Part shown: positions 1 to 8,146 of the stretch, in pieces
Numbering within the stretch: the first letter of the stretch is position 1
Layout of the letters: each line of letters opens with the position of its first letter
Source: Paraspadella gotoi
Taxonomy: Eukaryota > Animalia > Chaetognatha
DNA length: 17,958 bases
Assembly (NCBI GenBank): GCA_051294375.1
Contig: JBJCIZ010000929.1
Coordinates: 1 to 17,958, forward strand
Reading direction: 5' to 3'
Notes under the pieces: generated by a model
What the model was told of the DNA's origin: nothing
Database searches by the model: none
What the model saw: the letters and a program-made list of their open reading frames with translations, nothing else
Program-made: the position numbers and the translations under genes

Positions 1-232
1 CAGATACAACGGATTAGAGCGGAAAAGAGGATGAGAAAATTCAGGCTGGATTAAAGAAAAGAGATAGAAAGAGTGGAAAAAAAGAAAAAGAGGCATAAAT
101 GATATTTGGACACGAGAACTAAATTACTAATTGGACTGAGAATTGAAAAAGTTTATGGGGTTCATGTCAGATAAAGAACAAACTGTGGCAGCACGACTTA
201 GAGCTGCCTCTCTGCTCTCCGTCCTAAACCTC

Positions 233-428
233 GTCTCAATGGCCGAGCAGGCTAAATTATCTCGTGACTAACCGTGCGTCCCGGGTTCAATCCCTGGGTA
301 TCCCAGTTCTGGCTTAAATGTGACGGAGCCGGTCTAAACTTGCCAGTGACATGGGCCGGTCACCGAGGATCCGCAGCCCCTACGCCAGTTGGTAAAGGCC
401 TTAAACCACCAAAGCCAGTCCAAAGTCA
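233..428 (+). mobile_element. tRNA-derived SINE (Pol III head, body and short repetitive tail)
   Basis: A-box-like TGGCCGAGCAGG (240-251) starts at tRNA position 8 if G233 is position 1. B-box/T-arm CCGGG-TTCAATC-CCTGG at 281-297. No proper acceptor or anticodon stem. The GC-richer body ends in an imperfect CCAAAG(C/T)CAG duplication. The 3' end is approximate. Confidence 0.55.
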
Positions 429-489
429 GGGGCAAGATAGCTATTTATTAAAATGAATGGATAATTTTATATTGGTTGTACCAATTTCA
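429..489 (+). repeat. Dispersed repeat fragment, copy 1 (direct copy at 8814-8876)
   Basis: GGGGCAAGATAGCTATTTATTAAAATGAATGGATAATTTTATATTGGTTGTACCAATTTCA aligns with GGGGCAGATAGCTTATTTATTAATGAATGAGTGATAATTCTTATATTTGTTGTACCAATTTCA. Confidence 0.75.
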
Positions 490-666
490 TAACACCTCCC
501 CCGGTTTTCACAGGCAATCCTCTCGTTGCCATAAAAGCACTATTTTTAACCAAAAAACATTTTTACTTTTTAATTTTTTTTTTATGGTATTATCCTTTCT
601 TTTTTCGTTGTTTGAGAGATTAACAAAGTTTGATTTTATTTTTGCAACGAATTTTATTTTTTACAA

Positions 667-712
667 GAGCAGACATGTTTCGGCTCACAATACGAGCCTT
701 CATCAGCGCACA
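667..712 (-). ncRNA. Minimal type I hammerhead ribozyme (PLE type), intact core
   Basis: The minus strand reads gtgcg-CTGATGA-a-GGCTC-gtattgt-GAGCC-GAAA-cat-GTC-tgctc. It has the conserved core, a 5-bp stem II, palindromic ACATGT in the stem III position and a short stem I (gcg/tgc). Predicted cleavage is between 672 and 671. Confidence 0.8.
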
Positions 713-747
713 TGAGTTATGAACTTGATACAAGTTTTTAGTTCCCC

Positions 748-821
<74 letters not shown>
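748..821. repeat. (CT)n microsatellite
   Basis: Direct reading. Confidence 0.95.
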
Positions 822-825
<4 letters not shown>

Positions 826-1059
826 GGAGAGGTTTCATGAAGTTTGTTCAACTGAGTGTAGTTAGAAGTGCGATGCACTTTTATTTCAAGTCAATTACAA
901 TTTGTAAATATTTCTTGAGAAATAGGTAGCTTTTAAAGGCCCTCAAGGTGCCTAAAGCCGCAAGTAATTAATGAATTGTCTATTGGTCTATTGTCTATTG
1001 TCTCTCTCTCTCTCTCTTTTACTTTAACTAAAAAAAACTTGTATCAAGGTTATAACTCA

Positions 1060-1105
1060 TGTGCGCTGATGAAGGCTCGTACTGTGAGCCGAAACCATGT
1101 CGCTC
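1060..1105 (+). ncRNA. Minimal type I hammerhead ribozyme, variant copy
   Basis: CTGATGA (1066-1072), GGCTC/GAGCC stem II, GAAA (1091-1094), GTC (1099-1101). Compared with the 667-712 copy it has one extra C and lacks one T, which disturbs the palindrome and stem I. Confidence 0.7.
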
Positions 1106-1344
1106 TTGGAAAAATAAAATTCGTTGCAAAAATAAAATCAAACTTTGTTAATTTTTTTCTTAGAAAAAATCCAGTACTTTTTAATACGATGGCAGTTGAC
1201 TTTAAAACAAGAATTGAAGGCACCGCAGTATCTTTTGTTCGTGGACGGATTTTTCAATTATGAAGCATATGCACAAATATGGTTGATCGCTCATTAACTA
1301 AAATGACTGAGTACTATATGAAATTCGCAGCCTTGACTTTCTGA

Positions 1345-1463
1345 TCACGTGACCGCATTTCTATATCCCATCGCAGAAGGAATCAAAACCAAAAATGGAT
1401 TCGGATCCGCCGATCGGGTAAAATCTCTGATTGGACGAATCATCATCGAAATGGACCAATGAG
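1345..1463. promoter_or_regulatory. E-box plus two opposed CCAAT boxes (promoter-like, or the interior of a non-autonomous DNA element)
   Basis: TCACGTGA 1345-1352, ATTGG 1430-1434 and CCAAT 1456-1460 in a CpG-containing patch. No target gene is visible. Confidence 0.25.
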
Positions 1464-1644
1464 AAGACGGGCTTCATGCCATCGGAAAAACGAGCCCGTG
1501 TCGATGATCCGATTGTATTTTAAAAATACCTGACCATTTTGTATTGAATCTATATGTTTCAAATTCTGACACCGTCTTTGCATGTGACTTTTCTGAAGAA
1601 TAAAAATCAATTTTGGCTTCATGTTGAAATCTCTGTCTACTTAC

Positions 1645-1689
1645 TGGTGGCAATGGTGGGATTCGAACCCACACCTCCACAGAGACTGG
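1645..1689 (-). pseudogene. 3' half of tRNA-Leu (AAG/TAG type) ending in CCA; processed tRNA fragment
   Basis: The minus strand CCAGTCTCTGTGGAGGTGTGGGTTCGAATCCCACCATTGCCA-CCA matches the recalled metazoan tRNA-Leu 3' half (CCAGTCTCTTCGGAGGCGTGGGTTCGAATCCCACCGCTGCCA): long variable arm, T-arm, discriminator A, then CCA. No D-arm or 5' acceptor strand upstream. Confidence 0.8.
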
Positions 1690-1977
1690 CAATTACTTAA
1701 ATGATACATTTATGATACAATTATACAAGGATAAAACATTGGCATAAGAATTATGTACTAATACTTTACCAGTAAGCATAGAATTAACTAAAAGGACACA
1801 GTATTTAATGAAATTTGCCGCATTGAATTTTGAGTTATCTTATCATTTTTTTAGGTGTATGAGTATGACCTTACCTTTCTAAAAAGGTCTTAACTTTTAT
1901 GGTACCTTACCTTTCTACCTAATATGAATTCATTTTCTATAGTATTACCGGAGTTATAAGCATTTAAAACGTAAGTG

Positions 1978-2067
1978 GGACAGACCGATGGACAGACGGA
2001 TAGAGAGATAGATGGACGGAGAGACAGACCTATCGACCAACCGACTGACCAAAGTGTGACTTATAGA
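1978..2067 (+). repeat. Degenerate GGAC/GACA/GACC tetranucleotide tract, possibly within a HINE/DINE-1-like non-autonomous Helentron
   Basis: GGACAGACCGATGGACAGACGGA...CGACCAACCGACTGACC. A similar weaker tract lies near 9128-9160. The family assignment is inference. Confidence 0.35.
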
Positions 2068-2197
2068 ATTGCTTTGCTAGTTTACTAGCTAGGAAACCAT
2101 GCATTTTACTTGAAACTGTTTTGTCGTTGAAACTTAACTAGAATGACACAGTATGAATAAAAATATACAATTATCTAATAGAAATGAATTGGTTTCA

Positions 2198-2203
2198 TTT
2201 ATT
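2198..2203 (-). promoter_or_regulatory. Candidate polyadenylation signal (AATAAA) of the SAMD9-like gene
   Basis: The first minus-strand AATAAA I found after the stop codon at 2604, about 400 nt downstream. Confidence 0.35.
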
Positions 2204-2256
2204 AAATTAAATTTATAAACTTTGTGTAAAGACTTTCGATTTTTGTTGTTTTAGTA

Positions 2257-2440
2257 ATTAGGAGAAAAACAATTTGATTGGTTTTTGCAACGAATTGTAT
2301 TTGACGCAATAAGCAGACATGTTTCGACTCTGTAGTTTAAAACGCTGATGAAGACTCTAAACTACAGAGTCGAAGCATGTCTGCTTATTGCCTCAAATAC
2401 AATTCGTTGCCAAAACAAATCAAATTGTTTTTCTCTTAAT
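2257..2440. repeat. 83-bp inverted repeat with 18-nt spacer, derived from a PLE-type terminal repeat
   Basis: Arms 2257-2339 and 2358-2440 are reverse complements with a few mismatches. They share CATGTCTGCT and AATTCGTTGC.AAAA..AAATCAAA with the 619-1152 repeats. Confidence 0.9.
2342..2385 (+). ncRNA. Minimal type I hammerhead ribozyme with GAAA>GAAG core change
   Basis: acg-CTGATGA(2345-2351)-a-GACTCT-aaactac-AGAGTC-GAAG(2372-2375)-cat-GTC-tgc. The truncated inverted arm retains GAAA. Stem II shows a compensatory pair relative to the other copies. Confidence 0.7.
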
Positions 2441-2603
2441 CTATAAACTAAAAAATACCAAAATTTACGACCTATTGCTATGAAAATCAACAAATATTGA
2501 GTTATGATGAATATCAGTTTATCTATACAAATGCAAAAGTATTATTTTCAAAGAAAACATTCATAACCGCTTACACTTGACTCTGCAAAATCTTACGTTT
2601 TCG

Positions 2604-5600
2604 TTATTCGGCCAAGAAAACATTCCGCGCTTCGAATCCTTTTTCAATTGAAAACATGAGATTAAAACGGACCTTTTTCAAGGCATATTTTTTTCCAGAT
2701 AAAGAATCTTTCTTCTTGGGAAAAAATGACATAAACACCTCGAGCGTACTCTCAGGACCAAGATTTTCAGATATCGAAAATAATGTTTTTATATCAATTG
2801 TGTCTATTTTCTCGAGGTAAATCAGGCCGCTGAAATCGCTGACGTTTGGAGGTTTAATGTAACCAGTGCATCGGCTAAGATTTTCTTCGCCCAGGGGTCG
2901 GCCTCGATAAGAACGAATTAATCGTTTTATGCCACCCCTTCTTCCCAGCCATTCTTGAGTTTTGGCATTTCTAGAAAATTGAATCCTATGCTTTAAATCT
3001 TTCAGCTGTTGCATGAGTCTCAGTGATTTACCGTAACATTCTAAATCACCATTTTTCTTCTCTGAACCTATGCCAACTATGAAGCTCACAACGGCTGTGT
3101 AAAAAATAACCAACGGCGATCTGCAGTTTTTCAAACAAGACTCCAAGATTTTTAGAACGTGCCAAGGAGAATGATCTTGCTTGAAATCGGCTAGCCGTAT
3201 ACCAGTCATCCACTCTCTCAAATCAATTGCTAGAGGACTTGGATCTTTTTCTTCCAGGATATTTTGTTCATGCAATTTAATGACTGTTTTCAAGTCATCG
3301 CCTGACACATTTGTCAGGCTACCATAATAATCACTATTTTCTGGTTTGTTTGCTAGCCTATTTAGATACTTTTTTTTTATCATAGCTGCTTGTAAACGTC
3401 TTGAACCCTTAGTATCACCTAAAATTTTTTCAGCTGATAATTTGTCAAACACTGTTTTGTACATCAAATTCGCAGTCAGTAATCGGTCGTTTGCTTCGCT
3501 ATCATGTTCTTCCACACATCGACTGGCCTTATAGATTAACTGATCAATAATTTCAGCAGAATTTATCATGATATCTGCTGCGTCCTTTTTCCACATTTTA
3601 CTTTGTTGTATAAGAGGTGAATACAACTCTTGAATCTTAATTATTCCTTTTTTAGATATTGCACTACAAAACTCTAGTCTCATGTTAGCTTCCGCTAAAA
3701 ATGTTGTGAAATAGTGTTCATATTCCGGCTTTGTATATAATTCACGACTGAAAGTAAAATGTTCTATTCCTCTTTTTATAGTTTTTATATATGCCTTCAT
3801 TATTTCTTCATTATTTGAGGCCAGCGATGAAGATCGTTTTCTTATAAGACAAAGATCCATAAATGCATACATATTGTACACTACCCTTGCCGAGTTTGAA
3901 GCAATTCTGTCGGAACTCGTTTTATTTTTTGAGCAACTTTCAATTCCTTTTTTTACGAGCCTGAGGGCTTCTTCAAAGCAAGTTTCTGCTTCTTTATAAT
4001 CATCACGTCCTAAATAATTAAACCGTCCTAAATGAGCGTGAGCGTGAGGATCTAACTTCAGTTTATCCCTTACTTTTTCTAGCACTCTTCTCCTATCGTC
4101 GATGTCCTTAATTTCCATTATTATTTGAGTGAAACGTTTTCTGTTTTCATCTTCAGCAGAATCCTGGGTATCACGGTCTAAAAATACATTTGTAAGGACT
4201 TTTCTATCAGAGTCGTTAACTTTGTCGCAATCGCCAATTATAAAATCGATGAATTCTTCTGCCAAAATGCTGAGAGCACAGGACGAGGATTCATTTCCTT
4301 CATTATCGTCTTTTTGCTGATTCAGCTCCCTTATCTCTTTTATCGCCAGCCTTAAAACCTCCTTTGCAAGGATATTATGTACCATTTTTATTTTAGTGTC
4401 TTCACTACTATTTGAAGGCTTTACGAGATACTGAAGTAATGTTTCAATTTTTTCTTCATGTAGCATTTCCCCTTCTGGCACACCCATCACTTTAAAAAAT
4501 CTCTGCAACTCTAGATCTCTGCTTCCGCGATGGGCATAAACATCGATAAATGATAAATATTTGCAAACAGTTTTTTGTTCTGAATTCAAGTTACTATAAA
4601 TATTAAAAACGAATGTTTTTACGCCTTTAAATTTATCTATGAATGCAGTTAGATTGAATTCAATTAAGTTGCTATTTGTTTTTTCGAGTTTTTTAAGAGA
4701 GAGCTTTTGCTCTGGAGCAAATTTCGATAACCTGACAATCATCAATCGGGCCTCTGCTTGATCTAATTTACCCGACAAATCAAACTGAACGAGTCGTCCT
4801 GGATTTTTAAAACGTAAAGCTGTAGCCTTAACATGAATTCTTCTCCTTGTAAATAGAATAACAGCAGTAAAAGGCATAAGCATTCGTTTAAGGTCGTTTA
4901 GCAATGCATTATCCGGTTCATCTATTAAAACCAGAAGGGGTAAGCCGGTTTTTTGATAAATGAACAGCACGTGTTCTTCTATTAATTCAGCCAGCTCGGT
5001 GTTAGATTTCTCCATAACTTTGGACTTTACTTGAACACATGGATATTCCTTATGTATGCTCCAAAGCAACTGCATTGCAAGAATGGTGCCCCCTCCTGAT
5101 GGACTGTGTAAAATTTCCACCATTCTACTGCCAGTTTGGTTTTTGAGTAAACAAATGATTTCTGTTTTTATATCATCAAAGCAACTTCGAGGAACAGCAA
5201 TAGAATGTTCATGTAACTTTTGCCAAGTCTCCCAACTTATACTTCCTCCTTTTAAAAACTCCTTTTCCACGTTTTCCAGTTCTTCAGTACTCTCAAAATA
5301 TTCATAAACTTTATTCAAATACAATACATCAAGCGTTTCTTCAATTTTCAAGATATCTAATTGATTAAATTTGGGATTATTTTCACTATTAGGTTCTTTC
5401 ATTGGCAGTAGATACCCTGTGGTTACATAGTTTTTATCACTTGTTTCTTTCCACATATTCGCCAATACTTGGTTTATATTTAGTGGGTAGAAGCACACTT
5501 CTTCCATGGAAAGCTCTTCCAAACATGACATTTCATCATCAGAACATGCTATAAGTTTAACATATTTGACATCTGCAAAGCGTATATCTAATACTTCCAA

Positions 5601-7334
5601 AAATCTTTGTAAATGCTTTTCAAGAGATTTTGAGTCTTTATTCCATAAGAGTAAAATTTTTATCACACTATTGTAACCATTGTTTGAAAATTTTTCCATT
5701 TCTTCAGTTATATTCCGAATGCAAGCAACACTTTCTTTGAACCACTTTTTTGGATCTTTTTCGGATGGTATAAATGGTGTCCCCCTTAAGAATACCCATT
5801 TAGGAGACTGGGCTTCAATTTTTACATGCTTATCTTTCATTGTTTTCAGTTCATATAGTCGGTTTTTGTACTTTTGTATTGAGTGATACAGACCGTCAGT
5901 TAATGACATGTCATCAAAGTCGAGCACTAATAACCAGGGTATTTTTGTAATAGATTTTAGGAAACGTTGATGTTTAGCATCCATTTTTCCTAAAATTAAA
6001 ATGTAGTGACCATAATTTCGTCCAGATTGAAATCGTCCCATAGAGTTACAAAATGATGGGTTATGAAAACCCTCGAGCATTTCTTTTTCTTCCTCACTTA
6101 ACATTTCATTCTGGTCTTCGTTAAACCATTCCATTATACGAGTGTAGGTAGCATGGGCTACTCCGATGATTTCGTTTGAACTACCAATTCTCGCCCACAA
6201 AACGTCTTTTTCTAGGGTTATGCCATCATCAAAGCTTATATCTTGTTTTATAATTGCAGGGCTAACACTCGAATTTTTGCTATTGGCAATCTCAAAAATT
6301 GCAATTCGATGGCTAACTTCAGAGTCTTGGTCGAAATATGAAAATTCATAAAATATGTATTCCGGAATACTGCTTAGGAATTTGTCATTCATGAAAGAAA
6401 ATTGTTTGACAGGATGATCCGATGGCTTCAAGCCTACCACCTGCGCCTTTCCCATCTTATATGAGGGTTTGACCCCAAGTAGAATATATGCTTTTTCGCG
6501 GTCAGGTGTATTCCATAGGCTAACTATATCTTTGAATAAAATCGATTCACTCGGTAGACGCGAATGTACAATAACTGACTTGTTTGGAACTCTGCAGTTG
6601 AGGATTTTTTCAATGTCGTCTTCTTTTAACCGACCTGATTCAAAGTTAAAAAACGGTTCGCTTTCTTTCATAATAGTTTTGTCATTAGCTTGATTTTGTT
6701 GTGGATCTTTTGGCAAGACTTGGTGTAACATAAGTTTAACTTCATCCAAACTATCGAGTACGTCCCCGAAACCTGTCGCGATTTCTTCTTCATATTGACT
6801 CATCAATTTTTCCCAATATTCATTGGACAATTTTACATCGAGCGGTCCACGCCTCACTATTTCTACGTCGCGTTCTCTTTCTGGATCCAAATAAATGATT
6901 GCTTTCTCAATTTTTCTCCACATTTCTTCGAAACGATCTTCATCAATTTCCGGAAAGATCGAGTGAGCCACCTCATTCCTGCATAAGCGAATTTCTTTTA
7001 TGTGCTTGCTGAAATCCCCACACTGCAGGGCTTGGGTACAAAATTTATCAATCAGGTAGGTTAGTAACGTAATGTCCAAATCTTCTTCTACTGGTTCCTT
7101 ATCTTTGGGGAACAACTTGTTAAACTGATTTCGATTTAGAGGCTTATTTCCCTCAGAATTTCCGCCCTTTACATTTTTTAAAATGGCTTGCTTCTTGGGC
7201 ATTAACCATTCGCTCAGGGTCGGCGCGCCCTGGGAGATTCTCAACTTTCGAAGGAACTGTTGCAATGACGAGCTTCCGTGTTTCCAAAGTAGCGTTACCA
7301 ATCGTAAAAAGTTGTTTTGATCGAATTCGGACAT
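2604..7334 (-). CDS. SAMD9-family STAND-like NTPase, 1576 aa: HEPN (DZIP3-type) - AlbA_2-like - SIR2-like - P-loop - TPR - OB-fold; single coding exon
   Basis: Motifs are colinear with human SAMD9 (recalled, in brackets): AYILLGVK...QVVGL (GTIHFGVKD...KIVGI); KIPWLLVLDFDDMSLTDGLY (SIR2-like block); EFLKGGSISWETW (DFYRGGKVSWWNF); LHSPSGGGTILAMQLLWSIHKEYPC ([25 protein letters not shown]); PLLVLIDE Walker B; DPHAHAHLGRFNY..DDYKEA TPR at aa 1095; KVRFNLMFSIEKGFEARNV (VSFYLGFSIGGPLAYDI). The N-terminus NFLRL...Q..KLFP...DLDITLLTYLI...IRLCRNEVAH...FEEMW fits DZIP3-type HEPN. In-frame stop 15 nt upstream of the ATG and A at -3. Confidence 0.9.
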   Translation of the reverse strand: MSEFDQNNFLRLVTLLWKHGSSSLQQFLRKLRISQGAPTLSEWLMPKKQAILKNVKGGNSEGNKPLNRNQFNKLFPKDKEPVEEDLDITLLTYLIDKFCTQALQCGDFSKHIKEIRLCRNEVAHSIFPEIDEDRFEEMWRKIEKAIIYLDPERERDVEIVRRGPLDVKLSNEYWEKLMSQYEEEIATGFGDVLDSLDEVKLMLHQVLPKDPQQNQANDKTIMKESEPFFNFESGRLKEDDIEKILNCRVPNKSVIVHSRLPSESILFKDIVSLWNTPDREKAYILLGVKPSYKMGKAQVVGLKPSDHPVKQFSFMNDKFLSSIPEYIFYEFSYFDQDSEVSHRIAIFEIANSKNSSVSPAIIKQDISFDDGITLEKDVLWARIGSSNEIIGVAHATYTRIMEWFNEDQNEMLSEEEKEMLEGFHNPSFCNSMGRFQSGRNYGHYILILGKMDAKHQRFLKSITKIPWLLVLDFDDMSLTDGLYHSIQKYKNRLYELKTMKDKHVKIEAQSPKWVFLRGTPFIPSEKDPKKWFKESVACIRNITEEMEKFSNNGYNSVIKILLLWNKDSKSLEKHLQRFLEVLDIRFADVKYVKLIACSDDEMSCLEELSMEEVCFYPLNINQVLANMWKETSDKNYVTTGYLLPMKEPNSENNPKFNQLDILKIEETLDVLYLNKVYEYFESTEELENVEKEFLKGGSISWETWQKLHEHSIAVPRSCFDDIKTEIICLLKNQTGSRMVEILHSPSGGGTILAMQLLWSIHKEYPCVQVKSKVMEKSNTELAELIEEHVLFIYQKTGLPLLVLIDEPDNALLNDLKRMLMPFTAVILFTRRRIHVKATALRFKNPGRLVQFDLSGKLDQAEARLMIVRLSKFAPEQKLSLKKLEKTNSNLIEFNLTAFIDKFKGVKTFVFNIYSNLNSEQKTVCKYLSFIDVYAHRGSRDLELQRFFKVMGVPEGEMLHEEKIETLLQYLVKPSNSSEDTKIKMVHNILAKEVLRLAIKEIRELNQQKDDNEGNESSSCALSILAEEFIDFIIGDCDKVNDSDRKVLTNVFLDRDTQDSAEDENRKRFTQIIMEIKDIDDRRRVLEKVRDKLKLDPHAHAHLGRFNYLGRDDYKEAETCFEEALRLVKKGIESCSKNKTSSDRIASNSARVVYNMYAFMDLCLIRKRSSSLASNNEEIMKAYIKTIKRGIEHFTFSRELYTKPEYEHYFTTFLAEANMRLEFCSAISKKGIIKIQELYSPLIQQSKMWKKDAADIMINSAEIIDQLIYKASRCVEEHDSEANDRLLTANLMYKTVFDKLSAEKILGDTKGSRRLQAAMIKKKYLNRLANKPENSDYYGSLTNVSGDDLKTVIKLHEQNILEEKDPSPLAIDLREWMTGIRLADFKQDHSPWHVLKILESCLKNCRSPLVIFYTAVVSFIVGIGSEKKNGDLECYGKSLRLMQQLKDLKHRIQFSRNAKTQEWLGRRGGIKRLIRSYRGRPLGEENLSRCTGYIKPPNVSDFSGLIYLEKIDTIDIKTLFSISENLGPESTLEVFMSFFPKKKDSLSGKKYALKKVRFNLMFSIEKGFEARNVFLAE

Positions 7335-7537
7335 TCTGTTCTGGTGTCACGTTTTCATTTTAATGTTGTAGAAAAATGAAGTTTTGTTTGTTCCTCCTAA
7401 TATAATTGGATTTTACTTTATTCGGACCAAAAAAAAAAAAAAAAAAAACCGGTTAGAATCCAGTTTTTTTGACGAGAGCGATCAGTGCCAGATCTTAAAG
7501 AAAACCTTCATGTCGTTATTATTAAAGCCGAGTTGCA

Positions 7538-7561
7538 GGCTGCGGCTGCGGCTGCGGCTGC
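7538..7561. repeat. (GGCTGC)4 GC-rich microsatellite
   Basis: Direct reading; part of a CpG-rich patch about 200 nt upstream of the SAMD9-like ATG. Confidence 0.85.
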
Positions 7562-8146
7562 GACGGCGACCGCGGCGTCAGCGAAGGTTCGAGATTTCTT
7601 GAATATTTTGAACGCTCACTTATTAACATTATTGGAATGTTAAAAATAATTCTTATTGTTAAATTTTAATTTTTTTAAAAAATTTTAAATGCCGATTGAG
7701 AATTGTTAGAAAAAATACTAAAAAATTCGAATCCTAACTATCGGTTTAAACTTAAAATTAAAAACCCTTTGTCATTCAACAATCAGTAGAATTTCTGAGA
7801 ATTTTTACTCAACTATCAACAGGTTGCAAATGTGAATGAAAGAATTTAGCTTGACATTAAATTTTAACATATTTTTTTTTTTAAATAAAAGTGTTCTCCC
7901 GATTCCTGGGGGGGTGTGTCTAACAAAGAATGGTCCTTGCTTTAGGGTAAGGGGAATGAAGGAGATTCCGCCGCGTCAATATCGCTGGTGAGGCAAATAA
8001 GGTGAGAAGAATTCTCAAACAATAAAGGTTTTCCGAAATAGTTTTTTATTATTTGTTCTTTCGGTTTTTATTTCAGTTATTCATTTTTCTCTTTTGTCAT
8101 GAAATAGGATTCACAAATTCAATTATTTATTTTTAAAGATATTGTA

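Larger units (their letters stand above)
619..1152. mobile_element. Inverted pair of ~125-bp Penelope-like element terminal repeats (arms 619-743 and 1026-1152)
   Basis: The arms are near-perfect reverse complements around a 282-bp spacer. Each arm carries a minimal hammerhead core followed by AATAAA-rich sequence, the known layout of PLE pLTRs. No RT or GIY-YIG ORF is present, so this is a remnant. Confidence 0.7.

Noticed and set aside
233-304. Functional tRNA gene
   Set aside because: A and B boxes are present, but the acceptor and anticodon stems do not pair.
1645-1662. LTR retrotransposon primer-binding site
   Set aside because: No adjacent LTR ending in CA and no gag/pol sequence; tRNA complementarity extends 45 nt.
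5460-6017. Active SIR2 NADase
   Set aside because: The segment matches the SAMD9 SIR2-like block, but I see no GAGxS, TxNxD or HG motifs typical of active sirtuin/ThsA-type enzymes.
2604-7334. Bacterial contaminant or very recent horizontal transfer of an Avs-type defence gene
   Set aside because: No operon neighbours, flanked by eukaryotic repeats, motifs track animal SAMD9 and the animal DZIP3-type HEPN, and single-exon coding is normal for SAMD9. A phylogeny would be needed to revisit this.
3346-7350. Small ORFs overlapping the large ORF (3346-3534, 4129-4320, 5056-5307, 5680-5886, 6166-6351, 6469-6693, 6795-6986, 7153-7350)
   Set aside because: Antisense or alternative-frame shadows of the 1576-aa ORF with no recognisable motifs.
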